From Octopus vulgaris (Eukaryota): a stretch of DNA of 64,000 bases. Within the stretch, counting starts at the first letter, position 1. Each line of letters starts with the position of its first letter. The position numbers and the translations under genes were made by a program. The DNA is taken from positions 57,722,001 through 57,786,000 of the forward strand of contig OX597827.1 in NCBI GenBank assembly GCA_951406725.2, in the 5' to 3' direction. The notes below the pieces were generated by a model. It was given only the letters and a program-made list of their open reading frames with translations. It was not told the origin of the DNA and did not search any database. Below, piece after piece: positions 1 to 13,399 of this stretch.

Positions 1-322
1 TAAATTAAGTACCAGTTGCATACTGGGGTCGATCTAATCGGCTGGTCCCCTTCCCAAAAATTTCGGTCCTTGTGCCTAGAGCAGAAAAGAATAGTTGTTT
101 CAAAGGTGGTGAGCTGTCAGAATCACTAGCATGCCAGGCAAAACGCACAGCAACATTTTGTCCAGCTTCATGTTTTGAGTTCAAATTTCAATAAAATTAA
201 CTTTGCCTTTCATTCTTTAGGGATCAATTAAATAAGTACCAGTTGAGCACTGGGATCTGAGATCAATGTGATCAATTTATACCCTCCCCCAAAATTGCTG
301 GCCTTATGCCAAAATTTGAAAC
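1..322 (+). mobile_element. Two diverged SINE pieces (family B type, Nin/Deu-domain-like core)
   Basis: Motifs ggtgagctg.cagaatc, gagttcaaatt, ctttgcctttcat...taaaataagtaccagttgagcactggg are shared with many other copies in the window. Confidence 0.75.
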
Positions 323-338
323 TAATAATAATTGCTTC

Positions 339-600
339 GTGGAGGCGCGTGGCTTAGTGGTTAGGGTGTCAGCATCATGATCGTAAGATTGTGGTTTTGA
401 TTCCTGGACCGGGCAAAATGTTATGTTCTTGAGCAAAACACTTCATTTCATGTTGCTCGAGTCCACTCAGCTGGCAAAAATGAGTAACGCTGCAATGGAC
501 TGGCGTCCCGTCCAGCTTGGGAACACATACACTATAGAAACCAGAAAACCGGGCCCATGAGACTGACTAGGCTTTAGAAGGGTGCATTTATTTATTTTAT
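339..600 (+). mobile_element. Full-length tRNA-derived SINE (family D) with V-domain-like segment
   Basis: A box tggcttagtggt, B-box-like ggttttgattcc, segment gatggactggcgtcccgtccag-like, (ttta)n tail; 13-bp TSD taataattgcttc at 326-338 and 601-613. Confidence 0.9.
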
Positions 601-1355
601 TAATAATTGCTTCAAATTTCAGAGGGAGAGGATTAGTTGATTACATCAACCGCAGTACTTAACTGGTACATTATTTTTGTGAATCCTAAAGAATGAAAAC
701 AAGAGAATATGCACATCGTTGGACTGGGACAAAGGAATACACATTGTACGACAGAGAGAAGGAGGCATACATTTTCAGACTGGCCAAGATCATTAGATAC
801 CTTGATTTCAGCTCTAGGCTCTTGGATACTTTTAGCAAAGTTCAGGCAATCACAACTCTTTGGACTATCTCTCCAATTTGAGAATGGCCTATGAATCATG
901 GTTTTTGTTTCCTCTCTTTCCTCCACCAATCTCAACAAAAAGTTCATGGGTGTTGCTCTTTCGCTTCTATTTTAAACTGTAGAAAAATGAAGCGTGACTG
1001 ACCTGCATTACTCAGTAGCATAAGCCACCATGAAAATTATAGTTTTCTAACAAACTAATTCATCTGAAAAGTCAGGTAATTTCGCTTAATCATTATAATG
1101 AATTGTCATGCTAACTTGTATACATTTCTTTTTAAAACTGGACCGGTGGTGCTGCTTCACATAGTGACATTAATTGACAGTCACTCCTACATCTACAATG
1201 GTGCTGCTGTTGTACACACAGGTATCACTGCATTATACCATGAATGAGAAAGCAAAGTAATTCATTGCACATTGTCCTGAGCTAGTTTTCCAACCTTGTT
1301 CCAATTACAGGTAAGTACAATACCATCAATTCACAACAGGAAAAGTTCCCCATAA

Positions 1356-4300
1356 TCAATTCACTAAAAGAAAGTTCACTGTCATTAATTCCCCACAGGG
1401 AAAGTTTACTGCCATCAATCCATCACAGGGAAGGTTCACTGTCATCAATTCTCCACAGAAAAAATTCACTGCCATCAATCTACCACAGGGAAAGTTCACT
1501 GCCATCAATTCCCAACAGGGAAAATTCACTGCCATCAATCCACACAGGGAAAGTTCACTGCCATCAATTCCCCACAGGGAAAGTTTACTGCCATCAATCC
1601 ACCACAGGGAAAGTTCACTGCCATCAATTCCCCACAAGGAAAGTTCACTGCCATCAATCTACCACAGGGAAAGTTCACTGCCATCAATCCACCACAGGGA
1701 AAGTTCACTGCCATCAATTCCCCACAGGGAAAGTTCACTGCCATCAATTCACCACAGGGAAAGTTCACTGTCATCAATTCACCACAGGGAAAGTTCACTG
1801 CCATCAATTCACCACAAGGAAAGTTCACTGTCATCAATTCACCACAGGGAAAGTTCACTGTCATCAATTCACCACAGGGAAAGTTCACTGTCATCAATCC
1901 ACCACAGGGAAAGTTCACTGTCATCAATCTACCACAGGGAAAGTTCACTGCCATCAATCCACCACAGGGAAAGTTCACTGCCATCAATTCCCCACAGGGA
2001 AAGTTCACTGCCATCAATTCCCCACAAGGAAAGTTCACTGCCATCAATCTACCACAGGGAAAGTTCACTGCCATCAATCCACCACAGGGAAAGTTTACTG
2101 CCATCAATCCACCACAAGGAAAGTTCACTGTCATCAATTCACCACAGGGAAAGTTCACTGCCATCAATTCACCACAGGGAAAGTTCACTGCCATCAATCC
2201 ACCACAGGGAAAGTTCACTGTCATCAATCTACCACAGGGAAAGTTCACTGCCATCAATCCACCACAGGGAAAGTTCACTGCCATGAATCTACCACAGGGA
2301 AAGTTCACTGCCATCAATCTACCACAGGGAAAGTTCACTGCCATCAATCCACCACAGGGAAAGTTCACTGCCATCAATTCCCCACAGGGAAAGTTCACTG
2401 CCATCAATTCCCCACAGGGAAAGTTCACTGCCATCAATCCACCATAGGGAAAGTTCACTGCCATCAATCCACCACAGGGAAAGTTCACTGCCATCAGTCC
2501 ATCACAGGGAAAGTTCACTGTCATCAATTCTCCACAGGGAAAATTCACTGCCATCAATTCCCCACAGGGAAAATTCACTGCCATCAATTCCCCACAAGGA
2601 AAGTTCACTGTCATCAATTCACCACAGAGAAAGTTCACTGCCATCAATCCACCACAGGGAAAGTTCACTGTCATCAATCTACCACAGGGAAAGTTCACTG
2701 CCATCAATCCACCACAGGGAAAGTTCACTGCCATCAGTCCATCACAGGGAAAGTTCACTGCCATCATCCACCACAGGGAAAGTTCATGCCATCAATCCAC
2801 CACAAGGAAAGTTCACTGCACTCCCCAAGGAGTTCACTGCATCATCACCACAATCCATCCACAGGAAAGTTCACTGTCATCAATCCACCACAGGGAAAGT
2901 TCACTGCCATCAGTCCATCACAGGGAAAGTTCACTGTCATCAATTCACCACAGGGAAAGTTCACTGCCATCAATCCACCACAGGGAAAGTTCACTGCCAT
3001 CAATCTACCACAGGGAAAGTTCACTGCCATCAATCTACCACAGGGAAAGTTCACTGCCATCAATCCACCACAGGGAAAGTTCACTGCCATCAATCCATTA
3101 CAGGGAAATTTCACTGCCATCAATTCCCCACAGGGAAAGTTCATTGTCATCAATTCACCACAGGGAAAGTTCACTGCCATCAATTCACCACAGGGAAAGT
3201 TCACTGCCATCAATCCACCACAGGGAAAGTTCACTGCCATCAATCTACCACAGGGAAAGTTCACTGCCATCAATCCACCACAGGGAAAGTTCACTGCCAT
3301 CAATCCACCACAAGGAAAGTTCACTGTCATCAATCCACCACAGGGAAAGTTCACTGCCATCAATCCACCACAGGGAAAGTTCACTGCCATCAATCTACCA
3401 CAGGGAAAGTTCACTGCCATCAATCCACCACAGGGAAAGTTCACTGCCATCAATTCCCCACAGGGAAAGTTTACTGCCATCAATCCACCACAAGGAAAGT
3501 TCACTGTCATCAATCCACCACAGGGAAAGTTCACTGCCATCAATCCACCACAGGGAAAGTTCACTGCCATCAGTCCACCACAGGGAAAGTTCACTGCCAT
3601 CAATCCACCACAGGGAAAGTTCACTGCCATCAATCCACCACAGGGAAAGTTCACTGCCATCAATTCACCACAGGGAAAGTTCACTGCCATCAATCCACCA
3701 CAGGGAAAGTTCACTGCCATCAATCTACCAGGGAAAGTTCACTGTCATCAATTCTCCACAGGAAAAATTCACTGCCATCAATTCCCCACAGGGAAAATTC
3801 ACTGCCATGAATCTACCACAGGGAAAGTTCACTGTCATCAATCTACCACAGGGAAAGTTCACTGCCATCAATTCACCACAGGGAAAGTTCACTGTCATCA
3901 ATTCTCCACAGGAAAAATTCACTGCCATCAATTCACCACAGGGAAAGTTCACTGCCATCAATCTACCACAGGGAAAGTTCACTGTCATCAATCTACCACA
4001 GGGAAAGTTCACTGCCATCAATCCACCACAGGGAAAGTTCACTGCCATCAATCCACCACAGGGAAAGTTCACTGCCATCAGTCCATCACAGGGAAAGTTC
4101 ACTGTCATCAATTCTCCACAGGAAAAATTCACTGCCATCAATTCCCCACAGGGAAAATTCACTGCCATGAATCTACCACAGGGAAAGTTCACTGCCATCA
4201 ATCCACCACAGGGAAAGTTCACTGCCATCAATTCACCACATGGAAAGTCCAGTGTCATCAATTCTCCACAGGAAAAATTCACTGCCATCAATTCCCCACA

Positions 4301-4662
4301 GGGAAAATTCACTGCCATGAATCTACCACAGGGAAAGTTCACTGTCATCAATCTACCACAGGGAAAGTTCACTGCCATCAATCCACCACAGGGAAAGTTC
4401 ACTGCCATCAATTCCCCACAGGGAAAGTTTACTGCCATCAATCCACCACAAGGAAAGTTCACTGTCATCAATTCACCACAGGGAAAGTTCACTGCCATCA
4501 ATTCACCACAGGGAAAGTTCACTGCCATCAGTCCACCACAGTGAAAGTTCACTGCCATCAATCCACCACAGGGAAAGTTCACTGCCATCAATCTACCACA
4601 GGGAAAGTTCACTGCCATCAATCTACCACAGGGAAAGTTCACTGCCATCAATTCACCACAGT
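1356..4662. repeat. 30-bp tandem minisatellite, about 110 units, consensus GGGAAAGTTCACTGCCATCAATCCACCACA
   Basis: Direct periodicity. Register shifts near 1540, 2761-2870 and 3730. The long ORFs on both strands arise from the stop-free 30-nt unit. Confidence 0.98.
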
Positions 4663-5417
4663 AAATTGATGATGGTGAACTTACTTGACATTGCCTTATT
4701 CCACTTTCTGTTGATTCAAGGTTCTTCTTTATCATTTCTTTTCATCTGAGTTATTTTCCACCTACCCTGCTCTGGTCCATTGTAATGACAATTCTTCACT
4801 TCTGAAGAGCATGAAGAAGAAAGAGATTACCTTCATGTAGAGTGAAGTTTGCAACTTACAATATGATCCTTTTGATTTTGTCATTTCTCCATAATGATAA
4901 TGTTTTTTCTTCCTGCTTGAGCTTAGAGATTCATAAGTAAGGATCAGCCCATGTTCTGTTCCGTAACTGTTTAATTAAAGACTCTCTTTACATGATCCAC
5001 AGGAGCAAGCTTCAATTTCTCTTATTTATTTTTTAAATCAAACAAGCTATCAAATGTCCCAATACATCACTGGTCACAATGTGCTACCATTTTCCCCTTG
5101 ATTGCACCCTTCTCTTCAATTTGGGCCCAAAATGTTTTACTATGTTATCTTACCATCATCTTGAAAGTTTTCCAAATGGAGCAAACTTCATTATAAAGAC
5201 CAAACAGTAGAGTACAATCTGGTGGAGATGTATGAGAGCAAAAACCAACTGTTGTTGTTCAGGTTGTTTATACAGTACAAGAACCTTATCTGGCTTCCAG
5301 AAATCTGGGAATACTATACAATACCATGTAATATACTGTACCCTGTATTGAGTAAACAGATCCAGTTTTTGAAGTTGACTAATTTGCATACGATGTGTTT
5401 TGTTCTTCATTTTAGTA

Positions 5418-5825
5418 TACTCTTTTTACTCTTTCACTTGTTTCAGTCATTTGACTGCGGCCATGCTGGAGCACCGCCTTTAGTCGGGCAAATCAACCCT
5501 GGGACTTATTCTTTGTAACACCAGTACTTATTCTATCGGTCTCTTTTGCCAAACTGCTAAATTACGAGGACGTAAACACACCAGCATCGGTTGTCAAGTG
5601 ATGTTGGGGGGACAAACACAGACATACAAGCATACACACGCACATATATATACATATATACGATGGGCTTCCTTGAGTTTCCGTCTACCAAATCCACCCA
5701 CAAGGCTTTGGTCGGCCCGAGGCTATAGTGGAAGACACTTGCCCAAGATACCACACAGTGGGACTGAACCTGGAACCATGTGGTTGATAAGCAAGCTACT
5801 CACCACACAGCCACTCCTGTGCCTA
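5418..5825 (-). mobile_element. tRNA-derived SINE family A with internal CA/TA microsatellite
   Basis: Minus strand begins aggcacaggagtggctgtgtgg (A box)...ggttcagtccc (B box), then cttgggcaagtgtctt, and ends in a gagtaaaa tail; near-identical copies elsewhere in the window. Confidence 0.9.
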
Positions 5826-6433
5826 TTATGGGGACTGATAAAGATTAAATGCATTTTGATTTAGAATTGTATTAATTTAACTTATCTGTTAAATAAAATC
5901 AAAATCTTTACTTTTCTTCATTTAATTTTAATCCTATAAACATCATACTGTATACCTGATACACTTTGATACATTTTTAAGAATTTTAAGTGAATTAATA
6001 AATGTCAAAAGAGCCCTTGCTTTAAAAGTGTTTTAACTTGAATCTGATAAATGCAATTTAGCTCATTACATTTCATAGTTTATTTTATATTCTAATTATA
6101 TATTTAGACTGTCTCCAAAAAAATTCAGAAATCCAGCACACTTCTCGTCCTAAGCTCGCCAGATAATTGGTCCAGTACTGTATAATATTATGCAAAAAGA
6201 GTTGTAGGAATGAGGAATAAATAATCTGCAAGTCATTCTCACCTGTTACAGATAAAATAATTCTTTCTCCTGATAGTTTATGTGAGTGTAAGTAGGTGAG
6301 ATAAGTAGGTCCATATGTAAAGACAAATAAGACAGACAAACAGTAAATCATGAAAATATAAAATGTTTTCTCTTTGAAGAACTACTGTCCAGAATGTCAA
6401 GCATACTCTTTCTATAAAATACTAATATTATAG

Positions 6434-6827
6434 TCTTTTACTCTTTTCAGTCATTTGACTGTGGCCATGCTGGAGCATTGCTTTTAGTCGAGCAAATCGA
6501 CCCCAGGACTTATTCTTTGCAATCCTAGCACTTATTCTATCGGTCTCTTTTTGCCAAACTGCTAAGTTACAGGGACGTAAACATACCAGCATCGGTTGTC
6601 AAGCAATGTTGGGGGGACAAACACAGACACACAAACATACACACACACACACATACATATATACGACGGGCTTCTTTCAGTTTCCATCTACCAAATCCAC
6701 TCACAAGGCTTTGGTCAGCCCGAGGCTATAGTAGAAGACACTTGCCCAAGGTGCCACGCAGTGGGACTGAACCCGGAACCATGTGGTTCGTAAGCAAGCT
6801 ACTTACCACACAGCCACTCCTACGCCT
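6434..6827 (-). mobile_element. SINE family A, full length
   Basis: Colinear with 5418-5825. Confidence 0.9.
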
Positions 6828-7104
6828 ACTTTTATCTTTTTCTTTTGTTTGTTTCAGTCATTGGACTGCAGCCATGCTGGGGTACTGCCTTAAAGAGTTT
6901 TTGTCAAACAAATTGACCCCAGTACTTATTTGTTTTATTAAGTCTGGTACTTATTCTATCAATCTCTTTTGCTGAAACACTCAGTTTCAAGGATGTAAAT
7001 AAACCCTCTTGAGTAACATTACCTCAGAGAAACTCCAGTTTGGCCACTTATATTCACAATCATATTCTTTAGGTCATTATCCAACATTCATGACTGGCTA
7101 TTTT

Positions 7105-7523
7105 TATCCTTTATCTTTTTCTTATTTTAGTCATTTGACTGCAGCCATGCTGGAGCACCACCTTGAAGAGTTTCAGTCAAATTAATCAACCCTAGGACTT
7201 TTTTATTTCTTTTTAAGCCAAGTACTTATTCTATTGGTCTCTTTTGCTGAACTGCTGAGTTACAAGGATTGTAAACACACCAACATCAGTTGCCAAGCAG
7301 TGATGGGGGACAAACATGGACACAAAGACGCACACACATACATAAATATACTTACAAACACACGCACACACATGCATGACAGGCTTTCAGTTTTCATCTA
7401 CCAAATTCGCTAGCAAGGCTTTGATTGGCCCAAGGCTGTAGTAGAACACACTTAACCACACAATGGGGCTGAACCCAGAACTATGTGGTTGGGAAGCAAG
7501 TTTCCTACCATACAACCATGCCT
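7105..7523 (-). mobile_element. SINE family A, diverged copy
   Basis: Colinear with 5418-5825, more substitutions. Confidence 0.8.
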
Positions 7524-7664
7524 AATCAGTGATATTTTTTTAAAAATCACATGTGATTTCTTCTTTAAGAATAATTGCTCCGTCTCTTTCAGATTTCTCT
7601 CAATGCTCCCAGTATTCATTCAATATTTTCTTTTTCTTTAGAATTCTTCATATGCAGGCAGGCT

Positions 7665-8141
7665 ACTTACTTACTTACTTGTACTTGTGATGGCGTTCAC
7701 CCAGGGCTGGTTGAGCCGGCTTCTTTTCTGGTCCTGACGGCATCACGAACCATGGTGGCCCACGCTCGACAGTCCTGTGCGAGGTCACTGGAGATAGCGA
7801 GCCATTCACGGTTCCATAGGATTCATAGAAGAAGTTTTGTGGGAATACTGAGTTCACAAGCGGTCCCCGACATCCTGCATGCATATCTCGAGTGACGGGA
7901 CGCCTTGTTTGCTATGAAGTCTTCACAGATGCAGGGACAGAACGACCTCGAAGCCACCGGTTGCCAATCAGACACCTCTTGGAATTTTCCCCAGAGACCC
8001 GTTGGCCAGGCTGCAGCCCTAATACTGCTTGGTGCCAGACCAATCCGCCTTGGGTGGCCCTACCAGGAACTGAAGTTCCCGACAGCATAGCTGCCCGTTT
8101 ACACCACCCTACCGCTTTGAGGAGGGGTTGGACTTTAGGGT
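7665..8141 (-). mobile_element. Short non-autonomous RTE-derived (bipartite) retroelement
   Basis: 5' part has the RTE 5'UTR-like motif gctatgctgtcggga...cctggtagggccacccaaggc. 3' part encodes an RTE C-terminus-like DLAQDCRAWATMVRDAVR...EAGSTSPG*. (taag)n tail; 9-bp TSD aggcaggct at 7656-7664 and 8142-8150. Confidence 0.75.
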
Positions 8142-9414
8142 AGGCAGGCTGTTGTTGTTTGCTTTCAGATCAGCATTGATCAAGGAGATCTCTGATCAAA
8201 AACATTCCAGCCATAACCATCTCATCATGTTTTTTTTTTCTTTTTTGCTTAATAGGGGTATCCAATGCTACATTATCTAACTTGTGTTCTTCCTCACTTT
8301 TGTGGGGTTTTTCCTTCTTTTGAAAATGGTGGGATACATTTTGAGGGCTGGCAGATTTAATTGTTATTTCTGTTGGATCAAACTATGACATAGCAACTCC
8401 CATATTCCTTATGTGATTTTCCCAAAACTATTTTATCACCACCATCATCATCATTGTTTTGACAGCAGTTTTTCTCTTTATTGTTATCATTAGTAATGGG
8501 TAGATCTGCAAAAGACCCTCTTCTGATCCACGTCTCAATACTGCACCGAATTATCTGAAAAGCCCAACATGTAATCCAATTTTTTCTAAAATCTTCCCTA
8601 GAGGACTTACTTCAGTCCTCAAACACTTTCTTTCTTGGCTCTTGGGTGTTTTTAATGGAATCTGTCTTTTGGCCAGCATTTAAACCAAGTCTGCCAACTA
8701 AGAATAAAATATATTGCTTCCAGCTTCACCAAGCCATGAGTCATGGTTCCTTTCGCTCTCTATCAGTCTCAGAAGCCATGCCAAAGATCATGAACATTGC
8801 CCTTCCCTCTATGACTAAGTACTAAAAAAAAAAAGAATAGAACTTACTTCATCCAGTACTCACATTAATAAGTATCCTATAGGTGTGGGTATGGCTGTGT
8901 GCTTAAGAGATTTGCTTAACAACCATCTAATTTCAGGATTTACTTTCACTATCTGGTGACTTGGAAACAGGTGAAGGTTAGTGATAGGAAGAGCATCTGG
9001 CCCTAGAAAATCTATAGCAACAGATTCCATGGAAAGTGTATGTTAAAATGATGATAATGATGATGATGGTGATGGTGGTGGTGTTGATGATAATGAAGAG
9101 GAGAAGGAGGAAGAATAAGAATTAAAATTAGGATAGTTTTAAAACTTTTAAGCTTGGGGTCAGAGCATTGTATGGACACAAACTCTATTTTGTTTGTTTT
9201 GCTTTGTTTATATTTCTTTTCCATGCTTGCATGGATCAAATGGAATTCATTGAGGCAGGCTTTTTAAAGTTCAGTGCTCTTCCTATTGTCAACCCACATC
9301 TGTTTTTAAGCAAGTTAATCTTTCCCCTTTGTCCAGACATATTTTAAACAAAAGATTCAAAACACGCAACACAATTTGTATGATAGTACTTGGTAGAATT
9401 ATGTATAATAGGAT

Positions 9415-10023
9415 TTGGTAGATGGAAACTGAAAGAAGCCTGTCGTATATATGTATATGTATATATGTATGCGTGTGTGAATATGTTTGTGTGTCTGTGT
9501 TTGTCCCTCCAACATCGCTTGACAACCGATGCTTGTGTGTTTACGTCCCCATAACTTAGCAGTTCAGCAAAAGAGACCAATAGAATAAGTACTAGACTTA
9601 CAAAAAATAAGTCCTGGGGTCGATTTGCTCGACTAAAAAGGCAGTGCTCCAGCATGGCCACAGTCAAATGACTGAAACAAGTAAAAGATTTTTTTTATAG
9701 TAATGTTTGCTTATAATTAGCATATGACATTAAGTCAAGGAGACACATACATACAAACACATTCACACTTACCACATATTCATGCAAACACACATGTATA
9801 TATACATTTTTACCCTTTTATTTGTTTCAGTCATTTGACTGTGGCCATGCTGGAGCACCGCCTTTAGTCGAGCAAATCAACCCCAGGACTTATTCTTTGG
9901 AAGCCTGGTACTTATTCTATCGGTCTCCTATTCCGAACCGCTAAGTTACGGGGACATAAACACACCAGCATTGGTTGTCGAGCGATGTTGGGGGCACGAA
10001 CAGACACACACACATATACACAC

Positions 10024-10080
<57 letters not shown>

Positions 10081-10200
10081 TATGGTGGGCTTCTTTCAGT
10101 TTCCGTCTACCAAATCCACTCACAAGGCTTTGGTCGGCCCGAGGCTATAGTAGAAGACACTTGTCCAAGGTACCACACAGTGGGACTGAACCTGGAACCA
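9415..10200. mobile_element. Two SINE family A copies in opposite orientation (9415-9688 +, 9808-10200 -)
   Basis: Both align to family A; tail-to-tail about 120 bp apart. Confidence 0.85.
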
Positions 10201-10616
10201 TAGTAATAATAACAATAATCCTTGGCTGGAATTTATAAATATTTTAATGCATTGCTACACACATTTCAACAAATCACATGTCTCTTAGGATCACAGTTCA
10301 TGATGATTGCAGTGTAGTCCATAATATCCATGGGCATCAGGTGGATCATCTTCATGGATTCATTTCTTCAGGCGATTTAGCATGAATGGATGTTTAACTG
10401 AGGGTTGTTTATCCCTTTTGACCGGTGAAAAGGTTGATTGAGTACTATATTTAAACTACATTATATTGGTACAGCACGATGCAACCCCCAAAAACTGGTT
10501 CACCCATCAGCATCATTAGACTGTGGACAGCATAATGGAATGGGAACTTTATTTGCATATTAAAAACATTTACATAAATACTTGTGTGTCTTTACATATA
10601 TGTGTCTTTACATATA

Positions 10617-10822
10617 TGTTTGTGTGTCTGTGTTTGTCCCTCAACATCGCTTGACAACTGATGGTGGTGTGTTTATGTCCCCGTAACTTAGCGGTTCGGC
10701 AAAAGAGACTGATAGAATAAGTACTAGGCTTCCAAAGAATAAGTCCTGGTGTTGATTTGCTCGACTAAAGGTGGTGCTCCAGTATGGCTGTATTCAAATG
10801 GCTGAAACAAGTAAAAGAGTAA
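10617..10822 (+). mobile_element. SINE family A 3' half
   Basis: tgtgtttgtccc...gaaacaagtaaaagagtaa. Confidence 0.85.
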
Positions 10823-12559
10823 ACAAATTTAAAATATATATATATATCAATATAAAAATGGAACAAAAATGCAATATAGGGCATTAAAACATTTGGACAG
10901 ATAGACAACAGAAACAACAATTAGAAGGACAGGCAAAAAAAGACAAGACATTCTTGGCTTTCTTTCTTCAGTCAAGTACCAGAAGTCACGACTATTTCGG
11001 ACAGTTACACTTGAGATGGTTTAGAGATGTCCCCAAAAAAGTCTAAGCTAAGAGCATTAGACCCCTTTGTAAGAAAGCTAGCGAATGTGTATGGCAGCAA
11101 AGACAAAAAAGAAATCAATCAAAAAACAGAGAACATGTCACAGAATTATGAATACAAACAACAAGAAATAACAACGGGTGTCTTTTGACTGAGAACAATT
11201 CAAATGAGCTGGCATGTATGGAGTGAAAGCATAAAGGAAGGAACATGGGAGATGGACACAAGATGTGTTGACGGTTGGCAGTCAGGCCAAGAAAGAATGA
11301 TCATGGCTGGCCGGACACTGGTCACGTGGAAGGAGGAGAAATGGGTAGGGGACAGTGGGATTAAAGGATAAGAAAAAATCAGAAACAAAGTAAAAAGGAT
11401 TAATGAATCCAGGTAGATATCTATAAAGCACTCAGTGTTAAACAAATTTGGTTACCTATATCAAACAACCAGATACCAATAAATGCCAATTGCTTGGGAA
11501 AATTTCAATAAATTCAGAGTATAAGACAACAAGAATAGAAATGGAATAACTTCTGAGGAAAACTTACTTAACATTAACCTACTTGTGAAGGACATGGTTG
11601 AAAATTTACAAGTGAACAATTGAACTGAATCTTAACACACCCAAAACATCGAAAATTAACTTAAATAAATCATTAACCTCACTTTAACACTAATCCATGA
11701 GTTAGGCTAGTTTGACCCATCTAAATCAGATATTGGTAAGATTAGTAAATTTATTATTCCTAAGTGCATTCTTAAGTTTAGACAGTAAGAAGGGCTTCCA
11801 ACTGAAGAAACCTTGTCAAAACAGACGCTGAAGTTTAACACAGCTTTCTGACCTGTTGGATCTTGACAAACCATCCATCACATGCCAGCATGGAATATGG
11901 ACACTGCACAAAAACGACAACAACTACCACCACCACCACCACCACCACCATCACAACTGTTGCTTCTGCTCCTCTGAGCTGGCTTTCTCATAATGTCTCC
12001 ATTGAGACACAACTGACTCATTCCTCTCTCTTATCGTCATTCATACTATATCCACCCTTTTCCAAGGCTTCTGGCTCTACATTATAACTGCAACCTGCAC
12101 TCCATTTCCAGAACACCATTTCCCTAGGAATTCCCTTTCTCAGTGCATGTTTTTCCTACCAGGTGCGGGTCTCATCAATCTTGACTTTGACTTTCCTGTC
12201 CCATTTCACCCCGTTTCAGCCTTTCTCATCAGTTGACATTGCACGTGCCATTGGCAGATCTTTATTGTTGTTCTTATAATGTTTATATAACACTTCTGGA
12301 AAGTAGGCTGGGCGTAGTGGATAATCTGCAAGTCATTCACACAAACGTGTGTGTGTGTGTGCATGTATGTGTGTATATATATATATATACACACACACAC
12401 ACGCATATATATATATATATTATATATACACACATGCACGTATATATATATTTCTATATATATATATATACACACACACATACATATAAACACATACACA
12501 TACACTCACACGTGTAATTATATACATACACATATACATATATACACATACACACACAC

Positions 12560-12594
<35 letters not shown>

Positions 12595-12929
12595 CAAGCA
12601 CACACACACACATGTATATGCATATTTATATACACACACACTCACACACATATATATGATATACATATATAGATAGATATTTACATACATAGATCTATTT
12701 ATAACTATACATACACATGCATGTGTGTGTATATGTACACATATGTATGTACATACATGTGTGTTTGTGTGTATAAATAGGTAAATAAATCTAAAGAAGA
12801 CAGACATATGTTTAATCATGAGAGTAAGGTTAGCTGGTATATAATACATTAGTGGAAGAGTGGGGTGGCAGAAGAGGGAGAAGGTAGGAAGAAAAAAGAA
12901 CCAAAGAAAATGAAGATGTGCTCTCATTT

Positions 12930-12975
<46 letters not shown>

Positions 12976-13351
12976 AGTATGTATGTATATATGTATATGT
13001 AAGTATGTATGTATATTATAGTATATATATATATATATATATATATATGTAATCTAGTGAACTACTGTGGCCTAGTTTCTTTGATGTAACTTGATCATAC
13101 ACTGAGACCGACCTACCTACCTACCTACCTTACCTTACCTAATTTTCCAGCTCTTTGAATTACATCTGACAATACTGCTTCATCCTGCAACCACTCCTCA
13201 CAGGCTTAATCTGAATTCCATCCTAAAAATTATGTTTATGTTTACATATCTAAGAATACTCTGTTGAAGCTAACTGACTACTCTGCAGTAAATAAATATT
13301 AATAAATTGGCGCAGAGACACACATGCATCTAGACACGTACGCACATTCAC

Positions 13352-13399
<48 letters not shown>

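Noticed and set aside
339-415. tRNA gene (also 48680-48753 and 62095-62160)
   Set aside because: These are SINE heads that continue into SINE bodies and lack a full cloverleaf
1356-4662. CRISPR array
   Set aside because: Units are contiguous with no unique spacers, there are no cas genes, and the context is eukaryotic
1535-4735. Long ORFs of 292-627 aa as protein-coding genes
   Set aside because: They overlap on both strands and are pure translations of the 30-bp unit, with no unique domain; kept only as an open question
6085-6242. Coding exon after a minus-strand acceptor
   Set aside because: No recognisable protein similarity and no clear donor
10830-11460. Additional PLE pseudo-LTR with hammerheads on the minus strand
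   Set aside because: Only scattered CTGAAGA and GAAA words; the stems could not be closed
11958-12343. Solo LTR (TG...CA)
   Set aside because: No TSD or second copy seen; it shares only an ~18-bp word with 6221-6238
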